This document shows, piece by piece, positions 49,428 to 59,121 of a stretch of DNA of 64,000 nt. This DNA comes from Candidatus Woykebacteria bacterium (GTDB lineage Bacteria; Patescibacteriota; Microgenomatia; Woykebacterales; RBG-16-39-9b). The stretch spans positions 118,208-182,207 of the forward strand of contig JBBDPN010000001.1 of assembly GCA_040876265.1 (NCBI GenBank). The letters are read 5' to 3'. The notes under the pieces were generated by a model. The model was not told the DNA's origin. It did not search any database and saw only the letters and a list, made by a program, of their open reading frames with translations. The position numbers and the translations under genes are program-made. The number at the start of each line of letters is the position of its first letter. Position 1 is the stretch's first letter.

Positions 49428-50246
49428 TTAAACCTTCTCGAGTAGTCGTACACCGAAAACACGTTCGATTATTTTCAGAGCAACTCCTACTGCGATTAGA
49501 AGCAACGGCCAGTTTGGCAAGTTGCCACCAGTTACTGGTAGTCCTTCAGCGGCGGCTAAGACTTGTCCTGGTCTTGGAGCCGGACCTGGGAGTACGGCAG
49601 TTGGTTGATCGCCGGGATCCATAGGTTCACCGCCCCTGTCAGGTAGCGGACCGCCTATTACACTGTGATTTACATCGTTATCGATATTTATTTCGAAGTT
49701 GATGTCCCCAGTTTTGATTGATGCATCTCCAGTGTTCTTATTTGCTTCATTTTCACCCGTGTTAAGGTCTGCTCCTATATTGTTTTGCAAATCCACATTG
49801 TTATTCACATTAATATTCAGGTTATTCTTGATCCTAGTTTCGGCTTTGTTTACTGAGTCTGCACCAGTGTTCTCATTGCTGGATGTTAGGAATGGACCGC
49901 AACAAATAAGGTTGGTGTTGGTATTGAACACGTCAGCACCATTAGCCTTGTTTGTTATATTTACATGGCCGCTTATATCCCCTGTTTGAATAGACGCATC
50001 ACCAGTGTTTTTATTAGCTTCATTCTTTCCCGTGTTCGCTTTTACGCTTATGTTGTTAGTTATATTTGCGTTGTTGGTACTATTAATTGTTGTGTTGTTT
50101 TCTACAGAAACTTCAGCCTTGTTTACTGAGTCTGCACCGGTGTTGGTGTTACTAGCAGTACTAGCGAGAGCTGCAGTACCGATAAGAAGTACGCTGGCAC
50201 CTGCAGCGGCAGAAGATGTTATAACTTTTGTCCAGATGTCTTTCAT
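49428..50246 (-). CDS. Secreted Asn-rich repeat protein (2 repeats) with LPVTG sortase-type sorting signal
   Basis: Signal peptide; 2x NTGADSVN...NTG.NEANKNTG...TGD; LPVTG, hydrophobic helix, charged tail. Confidence 0.85.
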   Translation of the reverse strand: MKDIWTKVITSSAAAGASVLLIGTAALASTASNTNTGADSVNKAEVSVENNTTINSTNNANITNNISVKANTGKNEANKNTGDASIQTGDISGHVNITNKANGADVFNTNTNLICCGPFLTSSNENTGADSVNKAETRIKNNLNINVNNNVDLQNNIGADLNTGENEANKNTGDASIKTGDINFEINIDNDVNHSVIGGPLPDRGGEPMDPGDQPTAVLPGPAPRPGQVLAAAEGLPVTGGNLPNWPLLLIAVGVALKIIERVFGVRLLEKV

Positions 50247-50252
50247 GGTTAC

Positions 50253-52511
50253 TTAACGTTTCACCCCCTTAAATAATGCCCTCCTTGTCAATGAAAATAC
50301 TATTCCAAGTGCCACCGGATACATCAAGTTCATGAGATTGAAATCATCAAACAGCCCTCTCTCAGAGTTGAAGCGGGCTATTGGCGGAGCTTGTCCATCG
50401 TTATCCGTACCTAGAACCAGTGTTTGTACATCTGCATCTCCAGGTGATTTAGCTGTGTTTGATCCACCGTTTGTTTCAAGGCTAGGTCCACTAGCTGCTC
50501 CAAATGCAAGTAGCGTCTGATTTGCTCCGTTTATAGTAGAGCTGGTCGGTCTGGAAGAACTTTTACTGCTACTTGCGGATTTGCTGAGAGGCTCGTTGAT
50601 ATTTACACCAGACAGGGTTTTTTCGCCGTTCACGATGTCGCCGTTAAACTGACCAAAAATATTCACAATTGTCAGTAAAAATCTGCTGCCAATGAAGGTA
50701 TTGTTTAGAAAGTTGGCGATGTTGGCAGCTATATTTACGTCACCGGTTTTTATCGAACCGCTTCCTGTATTGTATGAAGCACTATTATCACCAGTGTTCG
50801 CATTTAGGTTTACGTTGTTTACGAGCGTTCCAGTGTTGTTGACAGTGATATCAGTTTCGTTCTCGACATTATTTGCTGCTTCATTGAAACTATCTGCACC
50901 AGTGGTATCATTGGCCGCTACTATACTTCCGTCTGGGTTTACAGTGAAAGTGAAGAATGGTGAGTAGACGCTGCCCTGCTCCCCTCCGAAGAGCTGTCCT
51001 GTCCAACTACCCATGTTGTTTATAAGTACCATCCAGATATCGCCACCGCTGCCAACTGCCGAGGTGTTGGCTACAGTAGAGACGTTTAAGTTTGCATCCA
51101 CATCACCAGTGTCGATGTAACCACCACCGGTGTTTTTACTGGCGTCATTACCACCAGTGTTGCCGTTTAAATTTACATTGTTCTGTACGTCGGCAAGGTT
51201 GTTGAGGTCGATACTGGTATTGTTGCTTGTTGAATTGTTTGCTGTATTTTCTGAACCCGCGCCGGTAGTTGAATTACCAGCTAGTAAGTCTAAACCAGAA
51301 CCATTGGTACCTGTTCCACCTTCATTTATACCTTTTAGAACGATATCTCCGTCCAGGGTGCCAAAAATGTTCACCACTCCCAGCAGCAGTTCTCCGCCAC
51401 CGCCAAGAAACACATTATTGAGGAAGTTTATAAGGTTAAAAGCAATGTTGGCATCCCCGGTCGTAACGCTTCCGTTGCCAGTATTTTTATCAGCAGTATT
51501 GTTTCCTGTATTTGAGGTGAGGTCATAATTATTTATTAAGTTTCCGAAATTATCGACCAATATAGTGTTTGAGTTGTTCGAAGTGTTAGTTGCGCTGTTT
51601 AAAGAATCTTCTCCAGTAGCATTGTTTCCAGCAAAGGCACCACCGCCCGGAATATAAGTGGGGGTTATTTTGCTGTAATCAATGACGATATCGCCGGTCT
51701 GATCATCCATTACGTTGAAGACAGAGGCGCCAACGTTTACGTTGTTAGCTGTATTTACGGCCGTTAATATTACGTCAGAGTCACCGGTGGTAACTATCCC
51801 GTTCCCTGTGTTTTTATCAGCGCTATTGTTACCTGTGTTGCTATCAAAATCAACATAGTTGTAAAGATCGGCGTCATTATCTATACTCGTGCCCGTTTCA
51901 TTGTTTGTATTATTGTCGGCCATATTAAATGATCCAGAGCCTGTCTTATCATTTGCCGCTTCTAGATCCTTTATACTTACAGTTCCACAACTGCCACCGC
52001 TTCCACATGAGCCCACCGAACCAATGCTAATAGTGTTAGCGGTTGTTTCGACGTTGCCTGCTAAGCTAGCGTTTCCAGTATTGACTAGACCGTTCCCAGT
52101 ATTTTTATTAGCACTGTTGTCGCCGGTATTACTATCTCCCTCAACCAGATTATCTATTTTAGCTGTATTATTTATATCGGTGTTACTCGTATTATTAGTG
52201 TTCGTACCAGCTTCGTTGTAAGAATCTGCGCCGGTATTGCTGTTTATTGCTGCCGCGGCAGCTGCAGCCTCAGCGGCGGCCTTTTTAGCCTCCTGACCAG
52301 CCTTCCATTGCTGGTACCAATTATTTGGATCTTTCCAATTTACTTCTTGAGTTGTGCTAGTTGTCTGGGTTGACGGAGTGGCTTCTTGGGCCATCACTAC
52401 GCTAGCCGGAAGCACAAAAGTATAAGAAAATGCAACAAGGACACTTATAAATATGCGTAATATTTTATTTCTTAAGTTAGTTCTCATCTTCTCGTTATTC
52501 TTTAAGGGCAT
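50253..52511 (-). CDS. Secreted Asn-rich repeat protein (5 repeats) with C-terminal TM anchor
   Basis: Signal peptide; 5 repeat units; S-rich linker; TM followed by RR/KR tail. Confidence 0.85.
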   Translation of the reverse strand: MPLKNNEKMRTNLRNKILRIFISVLVAFSYTFVLPASVVMAQEATPSTQTTSTTQEVNWKDPNNWYQQWKAGQEAKKAAAEAAAAAAAINSNTGADSYNEAGTNTNNTSNTDINNTAKIDNLVEGDSNTGDNSANKNTGNGLVNTGNASLAGNVETTANTISIGSVGSCGSGGSCGTVSIKDLEAANDKTGSGSFNMADNNTNNETGTSIDNDADLYNYVDFDSNTGNNSADKNTGNGIVTTGDSDVILTAVNTANNVNVGASVFNVMDDQTGDIVIDYSKITPTYIPGGGAFAGNNATGEDSLNSATNTSNNSNTILVDNFGNLINNYDLTSNTGNNTADKNTGNGSVTTGDANIAFNLINFLNNVFLGGGGELLLGVVNIFGTLDGDIVLKGINEGGTGTNGSGLDLLAGNSTTGAGSENTANNSTSNNTSIDLNNLADVQNNVNLNGNTGGNDASKNTGGGYIDTGDVDANLNVSTVANTSAVGSGGDIWMVLINNMGSWTGQLFGGEQGSVYSPFFTFTVNPDGSIVAANDTTGADSFNEAANNVENETDITVNNTGTLVNNVNLNANTGDNSASYNTGSGSIKTGDVNIAANIANFLNNTFIGSRFLLTIVNIFGQFNGDIVNGEKTLSGVNINEPLSKSASSSKSSSRPTSSTINGANQTLLAFGAASGPSLETNGGSNTAKSPGDADVQTLVLGTDNDGQAPPIARFNSERGLFDDFNLMNLMYPVALGIVFSLTRRALFKGVKR

Positions 52512-52546
52512 TTAGAAATTCACATATTTTGAACTTTTAAATACCC

Positions 52547-52592
52547 TTCTGGGTTCCCCCGCCCTCTGTAAAGAGGGCGGGGTCCACCAGAA
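52547..52592 (-). terminator. Intercistronic GC-rich hairpin
   Basis: CCCCGCCCTCT-GTAA-AGAGGGCGGGG with outer TTCTGG/CCAGAA stem. Confidence 0.65.
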
Positions 52593-52606
52593 AAAGCAAT
52601 TACGCT

Positions 52607-53719
52607 TTAAACCTCCTCACCGTTGAGGATGTTTTCGTTGACTTCGGTAGTTACTTCTACCTCAACGTCAGTGTCACCAGTGTCGATATCGTCACCGGTG
52701 TTTTTGTTGGTTTCGTTCTTACCAGTGTTAGCTTTGACTTCGCCGTTGTTGTCAACGTCTGAGTTGTTGTTTTGGTTGACGTCTAGGTCGTTTTTGACCT
52801 CTGCTTCTGCTTTGTTGTAGGAATCGTTTCCAGTTTTTTCGTTGGAGCTTTCCAATTCAACATCGCAGCAAACGTCTACATCAGCTTCGTTGGAGTTAGC
52901 TTTGTTTTCGATAACTACTTCAACGTCGGCATCACCAGTATCGACTTCACCTTCACCGGTGTTTTTGTTAGCTTCGTTGTAGCCGGTGTTTGCCCAAACA
53001 TCAACGTTGTTGTCAATATCAGCGTTGTTGTTTTGGTTGATATCGGTGTAGTTCTTAATCTCAACCTCAGCTTCGTTGTAGGAGTCTGCTCCAGTGGTAT
53101 CGTTGGAAGCGCTTACGCTACCTCCACTGCCACCACCAACGCTGGCTTTATTCTCGTTTACCATATTAGTAATGCTGACGACTACGTCGGCATCACCAGT
53201 ATCAACACTACCGCCACCGGTATTTTTGTTGGCTTCGTTGCCACCGGTGTTGGCTTTTACGCTAACGTTATTGTCTACGTCAGCGTTGTTGTTTTGGTTA
53301 AGGTCCAATTTGTTCTTAACCTCAACTTCAGCCTTGTTTTTGGAGTCAGCACCTGTTTTGTTGTTAGAAGCTGACAAGTCACCTTCACAACCACAATTTT
53401 CCACACTGACAACATTGGAGTTGGCTTGGTTACTGATTGAAACAGTAGCGTTTGCATCTCCTGTCTTTACGGAACCTTCACCAGTATTTTTGTTGGCTTC
53501 GTTTTTACCAGTGTTGGATTTTACGCTGATGTTGTTAGTGATGGATGCGTTGTTGTTTTGGTTGACGTTTACGTAGGTTTCTGATTCCACTTCAGCTTTG
53601 TTGTAGGAATCAGCCCCAGTAGTGTCGTTGCTTGCAGTTGCTGCCATGGCCGGAGCAATTGCAAAGGCCAAAGATGCAGCACCGCTCAGAGCTGCGTGGA
53701 TTAGTTTTGTCTTTGTCAT
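52607..53719 (-). CDS. Secreted Asn-rich repeat protein (4 repeats, no anchor); putative major subunit
   Basis: AAGGGGGTGA SD, signal peptide ending AMA, 4 tandem ~85-aa repeats. Confidence 0.88.
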   Translation of the reverse strand: MTKTKLIHAALSGAASLAFAIAPAMAATASNDTTGADSYNKAEVESETYVNVNQNNNASITNNISVKSNTGKNEANKNTGEGSVKTGDANATVSISNQANSNVVSVENCGCEGDLSASNNKTGADSKNKAEVEVKNKLDLNQNNNADVDNNVSVKANTGGNEANKNTGGGSVDTGDADVVVSITNMVNENKASVGGGSGGSVSASNDTTGADSYNEAEVEIKNYTDINQNNNADIDNNVDVWANTGYNEANKNTGEGEVDTGDADVEVVIENKANSNEADVDVCCDVELESSNEKTGNDSYNKAEAEVKNDLDVNQNNNSDVDNNGEVKANTGKNETNKNTGDDIDTGDTDVEVEVTTEVNENILNGEEV

Positions 53720-53913
53720 GTTTTCACCCCCTTTCATTTGTTAATGTTTCTTTGCTTGTAATTAGTTTTCCCTCGCGCCAAACGTGCCTTAATCAAATAC
53801 TGGCAGATAAGCAGAAATAAGTACTTCCTAAGTCGGTCTTGACTTGGCAGAAGATGAGCAGACAGACCAATTATTATTAGTCTGATAGGAAAAACTCTTA
53901 AGTTACATCTCCT

Positions 53914-53943
53914 ATTCTAAATACAAAGAACCTGCCCTGTCAA
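53914..53943 (-). promoter_or_regulatory. sigma70 promoter of the repeat-protein operon
   Basis: TTGACA-18 nt-TAGAAT on the minus strand. Confidence 0.65.
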
Positions 53944-54174
53944 TACTCTTCTTATTTTAGATAGATACGTCCATCAATGTCAACTACCAATCGAGCAATT
54001 GTATTGATATATTAATGCTTTTTGTCAAGGCGACTCTATAATCAAATATAAATAATGAGAAAACCCTATTCGTATAAGGTGTTCTAAGTATATGACGATA
54101 GTAATGAAAAGTTTGTTACAACTAAAAAGAAAAGTGGCTGCTAGTTATTTGCTGAGGGTTATCGAGAAAATGGA

Positions 54175-54762
54175 TTAGAAAGTAATCACCAAAGTTTCCT
54201 TTGGGTCGCTGACATCGCCAACTTCTAGCTTAAATTTCTTCTCGCTGGGAAAAACAACAAACCCAACGTTGCTTTTTTTTGTTGATTCTGGCCTAATCTG
54301 GACGGACCCTTGATGAACTGAAGGCGCAAATTTACTACCGTCCTCTCTTACAAGCCTGAAAAGGTCTACTGGAAACGCATAAAGCGCTACCGGGTAGGGA
54401 TTTTCTACCTCCATATTGATAACTAAAAATACTTTACCCTCTATTGGGTTAGCTCTTTTTCCCTGAACAAGTATATAGTCGCCAAATTCGGCGTTTGTAA
54501 TGCGGAGCTTAAAATTACCATCGGTCCTTAGTCTTTCTTCGGTTCTGGCAACTACCTCATAGGATTTATTTATCTCGATAACTTTGCTGCCATTTATCCC
54601 ACTAGGTTTTATGAAGACAAATAGTAAAACAATCAGAGCTAATACCGCACCCGAACCTAAAAGGATTTTTTTTATGTTCTTATTTAGCAGCTGTCTATAA
54701 GCAATAAATTTGTTCAACATAAAGCGCCGCCTATTATGCTTTATAGTCTTATAGTTTGTCAA
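54175..54762 (-). CDS. Membrane-anchored Ig-like (DUF4352-like) protein
   Basis: TM; GKVFLVINMEVEN, I.P.STK....GFVV; ATGA-coupled to the Clp gene. Confidence 0.7.
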   Translation of the reverse strand: MTNYKTIKHNRRRFMLNKFIAYRQLLNKNIKKILLGSGAVLALIVLLFVFIKPSGINGSKVIEINKSYEVVARTEERLRTDGNFKLRITNAEFGDYILVQGKRANPIEGKVFLVINMEVENPYPVALYAFPVDLFRLVREDGSKFAPSVHQGSVQIRPESTKKSNVGFVVFPSEKKFKLEVGDVSDPKETLVITF

Positions 54763-57212
54763 GTGGAAAATAAAAGTTGGTTATTTTGTAGGGAAATGTT
54801 AACCGCCGAGCCGCGCCTTAGTTCTCCGGATAGTATTTTTTGGGCTATGTGACCCTCAATATTGTCTGCCAAAAATCGCTTTAACGGCCTTGCCCCGTAC
54901 GTTGGGTCGAAACCAGATTTGGCGATCCAAGCAGTAGCTTGCGGCTCGATTGTAAGAACCACATCCTGTTTTTTGAGGCGTCCAGCGAGCTCCTTTATCA
55001 AAAGGCCAACTACTTCTACTATTTCGCTTTCGGTTAGGGGTTTGTAAACAATAATATCGTCAAATCGGTTTAGAAATTCGGGCTTAAAAACCCCCTCGCG
55101 TTGCAGCTTCTCTAAAAGCAATTTTTTTAAATCTTCTATCGGGACATTTTGCTGGACGGATTCCCGGATGTACTCGGCTCCAGCGTTTGAAGTGGCGATG
55201 ATTATGGTATTGGAAAAAACTATTTTTCGACCAGTTACATCCTCCAAGACGCCGTCATCCAAAACCGGTAAAAAGGCTTCCTGTATTTTTGGCTCTGCTT
55301 TCTCCATCTCATCAAGCAGCACTAGTGAGTATGGGTTGCGTCTTATTTTTTCAGTAAAATCGCCGCCCTCTTCATATTGGCCAGTGCCTGGAGGTGCGCC
55401 GATTAGTCGATTTATTGCCTGCTCTGATTGGTACTCACTCATATCAATCCGGATTATTTTTTCCTCATCGCCAAAGTAAAGAGATGCTAACGCTTTGGCA
55501 GTTTCGGTTTTTCCAACACCAGTGGGTCCCAAAAATAAGAAGCTGCCGATTGGTTCACTCCCACTCCTTTCGATACTTCGCGCCCGTCTTAGAGCATTGG
55601 ATATAGCTTTGACCGCTTCTTCTTGGTCAACTATTCTTTGGTGGACCACCTTTTCTAGGTGGATCAGCTTTTCCGCTTCCTCTCCACCGGCGAGTTTAAC
55701 CGGCATTTTGGTTTTTTGACTAATCACGTCCTCGAGGTCGGAAACTTCTAACAAGTGTTTTTTCTGCAAGGAGATGGCAGCAGCTGCTTCGTCAAGTAAA
55801 TCTATTGCTTTTCCAGGTAAAACTCGATCCACAAAATATCTTTCCGAAAGTTCAACGACTCGTTGGATTGCTTTGTAAGTGATAATTACCTTGTTTCTTT
55901 TTTCTATTGCTGGTACCGCCTGCTCCAAAATGCGGATTGCAACATCTCCAGTCGGTTCTTCCAGATTAACGGTCTCAAACACAGATGCGAACGTGCCTTG
56001 GGGTTCAATAAAGCGGCGGTAAGCTTCTCTTGTACTGGTAGCAATTACTTGGAGACGACCAGAACCCAGAGAGTTGATTAAGTGACCGGTTATGTTTACA
56101 CCTGTACCAGAGCCGCCGGCGATGTTTTCAATACCTGGCATATACAAAATTACATTGCCAGCGTGGGTTAGTTCGTTTAAAAGATTTTGCAATCTTTGCT
56201 CTAGTTCCCCCGGTGCAGCTCCAGCCAAAAGAGAAGTGACGTCGATTTCGATAAACCGTTTGTATTCCAGAGCCGGTGGTAGTAACCCACTCATGGATCG
56301 CACGGCCAGGCCGCGTACTATCGTGTTTTTACCGATCCCGGGGGGTCCCAAAAGTAGCACATTCTTCTTGACACTGCGGGCTAAAACTTCCTGTACTTGA
56401 GCTATTTCAGCATCTTTACCAACCAGTGTTTCATGTTCTCGGCTCTTGCGAATATCCTTTGATAAATCTACCGAGTAGCTTTCGGTCTCTGGTGTCCAAC
56501 CACCAAGCCAAGATTCACTTATCCCCGGACCTAAACTATCAACCGGCTTCTCCCAGAAGTGACTTTTGTCAGCGTCAAAGTAGTCTCGCGCCCAGAAAAC
56601 GATGTTGAGTAGATCGTTATCCTTCACCTCTTTGTTAAAAAGTAAATTTTTTAGTTCGGGCGTTTGCGATATCAAAGCCAGCAAAATATCCAGCTTGTCT
56701 AGGTAATTTCTGGATTCTTTTTCGGCCCAGGCTCGAGCGTAAGAAAGGGTTTCGTCAAAGTTTATTTTCCGCCCAGTCAGCTGTGGGTCTTGAAACAGCT
56801 TGTTGAGCTCTTCCATTGAAATATCTGCCTTCTCAATCACAAAAAGGACTTTTTTGTTTCTCAGTAAAGGGAGAAGAAGTCGGTGCAAATCCTGTCTGTT
56901 GCCGGCATTGGAAAGTAATTTTGCCGCCTCCAGCGAGATACTGTTAGCCAAATTTTGACCAGACGTAAAAGGTGTGGGCCTTTCCTTCAAAATTTTCTCG
57001 CGATAAAAGATCTCAAAAACAAAAAATATGATTGACACAGCTAGTACCAGATAAAAGATTTTATTACCCCCGGTGCTGCTGGTGAGTATCAGCATCAGTA
57101 GAAGGGCTGCGGCGAGAAGAACGCGGACGGCTACTACCAAAATAGTAGAGTACAGACTAGAAAAAGCAGCCGCGCCAAATATTCTGGATGTGTTAGGCGA
57201 AAATTGCTCCAT
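54759..57212 (-). CDS. Clp/Hsp100-family AAA+ ATPase with N-terminal TM helices
   Basis: NBD1 GPPGIGKN, LPGKAIDLLDEA; NBD2 FLGPTGVGKTE, RIDMSEY, LDEMEKA, PEFLNR.D, YGARPL. Confidence 0.9.
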   Translation of the reverse strand: MEQFSPNTSRIFGAAAFSSLYSTILVVAVRVLLAAALLLMLILTSSTGGNKIFYLVLAVSIIFFVFEIFYREKILKERPTPFTSGQNLANSISLEAAKLLSNAGNRQDLHRLLLPLLRNKKVLFVIEKADISMEELNKLFQDPQLTGRKINFDETLSYARAWAEKESRNYLDKLDILLALISQTPELKNLLFNKEVKDNDLLNIVFWARDYFDADKSHFWEKPVDSLGPGISESWLGGWTPETESYSVDLSKDIRKSREHETLVGKDAEIAQVQEVLARSVKKNVLLLGPPGIGKNTIVRGLAVRSMSGLLPPALEYKRFIEIDVTSLLAGAAPGELEQRLQNLLNELTHAGNVILYMPGIENIAGGSGTGVNITGHLINSLGSGRLQVIATSTREAYRRFIEPQGTFASVFETVNLEEPTGDVAIRILEQAVPAIEKRNKVIITYKAIQRVVELSERYFVDRVLPGKAIDLLDEAAAAISLQKKHLLEVSDLEDVISQKTKMPVKLAGGEEAEKLIHLEKVVHQRIVDQEEAVKAISNALRRARSIERSGSEPIGSFLFLGPTGVGKTETAKALASLYFGDEEKIIRIDMSEYQSEQAINRLIGAPPGTGQYEEGGDFTEKIRRNPYSLVLLDEMEKAEPKIQEAFLPVLDDGVLEDVTGRKIVFSNTIIIATSNAGAEYIRESVQQNVPIEDLKKLLLEKLQREGVFKPEFLNRFDDIIVYKPLTESEIVEVVGLLIKELAGRLKKQDVVLTIEPQATAWIAKSGFDPTYGARPLKRFLADNIEGHIAQKILSGELRRGSAVNISLQNNQLLFST

Positions 57213-57552
57213 ATATTGAAAAAATTGCCAGTAGCGGCAACACCATCCAAATAATAAAAATCCCCGTCTCGATTATTAAAATCAATCCAAGAATTACGAT
57301 ATCAAATAAAATTATTATACTTTTGAAAAAGGCACCAATAAATATCGCTGTGCGCACCAGTCCCTCACGGTATTCATTTTTCCAGGGCCGGAAAAAAGTT
57401 GTGAAAAGCTCCTTAAAAGAAAAAAGGTGAACAAATGCAGCAAATACCCAACGTAAAATTTTTATCAAAGTTATCGGAGCTTCCAAAAACCACCAGCGGA
57501 GGAATTCAATTGGAAGTTTGGCCAAATATAGAGAGACGGCAGGCGCGTTCAT
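57193..57552 (-). CDS. Small membrane protein overlapping the start of the Clp-like gene
   Basis: WWF, FS...L..TFF.PWK, hydrophobic C-terminal half. Confidence 0.75.
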   Translation of the reverse strand: MNAPAVSLYLAKLPIEFLRWWFLEAPITLIKILRWVFAAFVHLFSFKELFTTFFRPWKNEYREGLVRTAIFIGAFFKSIIILFDIVILGLILIIETGIFIIWMVLPLLAIFSIYGAIFA

Positions 57553-57659
57553 AATTTTGAGTATAGCGAAAAATTACATCTGGCTTCAGCTAGTTATAAT
57601 TTCGAACCTCAGCGAGATATAATTTAATTAACTCTAGTTTAACAAAATTGAGGTTTTTG

Positions 57660-58892
57660 TTAAACCAACTCGTCGTAGAGACGGAGGTGGTCAAGGAGGA
57701 GGCGGGTTATCAGGAATTTGTGGCGGACACGTTCTCTTCCTTTCTCCCCCATTTCTTTTTCCCTATCGGGATTTCTTATTAAATAAACTATTTTTTCAGC
57801 GGTCTCAGCTGCAGTGGTAACTAAAAACCCTGTTTCCCCGTCAACTATTTGCTCGACTATTCCGCCAGCTTTACCACCGATTACTGGCTTTCCCTTCCAC
57901 ATCCCTTCACTTACGGTGAGACCAAAGCCTTCGCGGGTGGATTTTTGAATTATTGCGTCGCTAGCCACTTGAAAAGCGTTTACAGCCATATCCCCCACTC
58001 CGTCGAGATTGCTGAGAATAAAAATTCCTGGATCGCTTTTAGCGTATTTTTTCAAATCCACGATGATATCGGTTGCTTCTGGATCGTCTGGAGCAAAAGC
58101 ACCTATGAGAGCTAGCTGTAAATCTGGTATTTCTTTTTTGGCGGCACGGTATGCATCCATCACCCCCCATGGATCTTTCCAGGGGTCAAAGCGTGAAATT
58201 TGAGAGACTAGTGGTTTATCTGGCTTTAACCCAAATCTATCTACTACTTGGTCGGCTGCAAATTTGTCCAAGGGATTATTTTTTTGGCTGAGAGGATCGA
58301 TAGCTGGAGCAATTATTCGAGCCTTTTCGTAATCTAAATCCGGCCCCAGATACTTTCTCATTGTAAAGATGTAGCGATCGTATTTTTGAATGTATGGCAA
58401 CAGGAAGCGCCAGGTAAAAAGATTTGGATGCGATGTATCTATATGACAGCGCCAGATGGCTGGGTGGAGATTTTTGTGAAACTCGCTTATTGCAACAAAC
58501 TGAGGATCGTGAATTACCCATACATCGGAGCGTTTATCGTTGAAGAACTCTGCTACCTCCTCGTTTGTCTTTAGAAATTCGTCTTTTTGAACGTCAGTGA
58601 GTTCCCCCTTTTTCCCCTGCAGCTGGTTGTGGATTTCTTTGGTGATCCGAAAAAAATTGTTATCTTTTCTGGATACAAACCAGTCGGCATCCAAACCGAG
58701 CCCTTTGAGAAGAGGAACAAGGGAGCGTAGTATTTCGGCAACTCCCCCACCCGAGGGTGAAGTGTTTAGGTGGATGACGCGGATACCTTTGAGCTTTTTA
58801 GCTAGTTTTTCGATCTCAGCGTAGGTCTGCCCTGGAGCAACATCTTTATAATTTGCAATAGGAATTGGATCAAAAGGGACTTCTCGTATCAT
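57660..58892 (-). CDS. Trehalose glycosyltransferring synthase (TreT-like, GT4)
   Basis: GGGVAEIL, IHDPQ, WRCHID, SRFDPWKDP, EGFGLTVSEGMWK. Confidence 0.88.
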   Translation of the reverse strand: MIREVPFDPIPIANYKDVAPGQTYAEIEKLAKKLKGIRVIHLNTSPSGGGVAEILRSLVPLLKGLGLDADWFVSRKDNNFFRITKEIHNQLQGKKGELTDVQKDEFLKTNEEVAEFFNDKRSDVWVIHDPQFVAISEFHKNLHPAIWRCHIDTSHPNLFTWRFLLPYIQKYDRYIFTMRKYLGPDLDYEKARIIAPAIDPLSQKNNPLDKFAADQVVDRFGLKPDKPLVSQISRFDPWKDPWGVMDAYRAAKKEIPDLQLALIGAFAPDDPEATDIIVDLKKYAKSDPGIFILSNLDGVGDMAVNAFQVASDAIIQKSTREGFGLTVSEGMWKGKPVIGGKAGGIVEQIVDGETGFLVTTAAETAEKIVYLIRNPDREKEMGEKGRERVRHKFLITRLLLDHLRLYDELV

Positions 58893-59121
58893 GGCAGGCG
58901 TACCTTTCGCTTTTGTTTGGAAACCTTTGCTTTGAACCAACTCGGGGTTCGTAGCCCACGGAGTGGTCGCAGCATCGCGGAGTACTCGGCTTCGGCACGA
59001 AGTGCTGATGGCATAGAATACGAGCGTGCTATAGCAGGTCCTTTTCCGCGTTTCTTCACTATAGTTTCTACTTTAACAAAAATTGGTTGACGTGTGAAGC
59101 AGGCCGTTAGATAATGTGTCT

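Noticed and set aside
49699-53576. Plus-strand ORFs with repeated PVFLLAS motifs
   Set aside because: Antisense shadows of the repeat-protein genes
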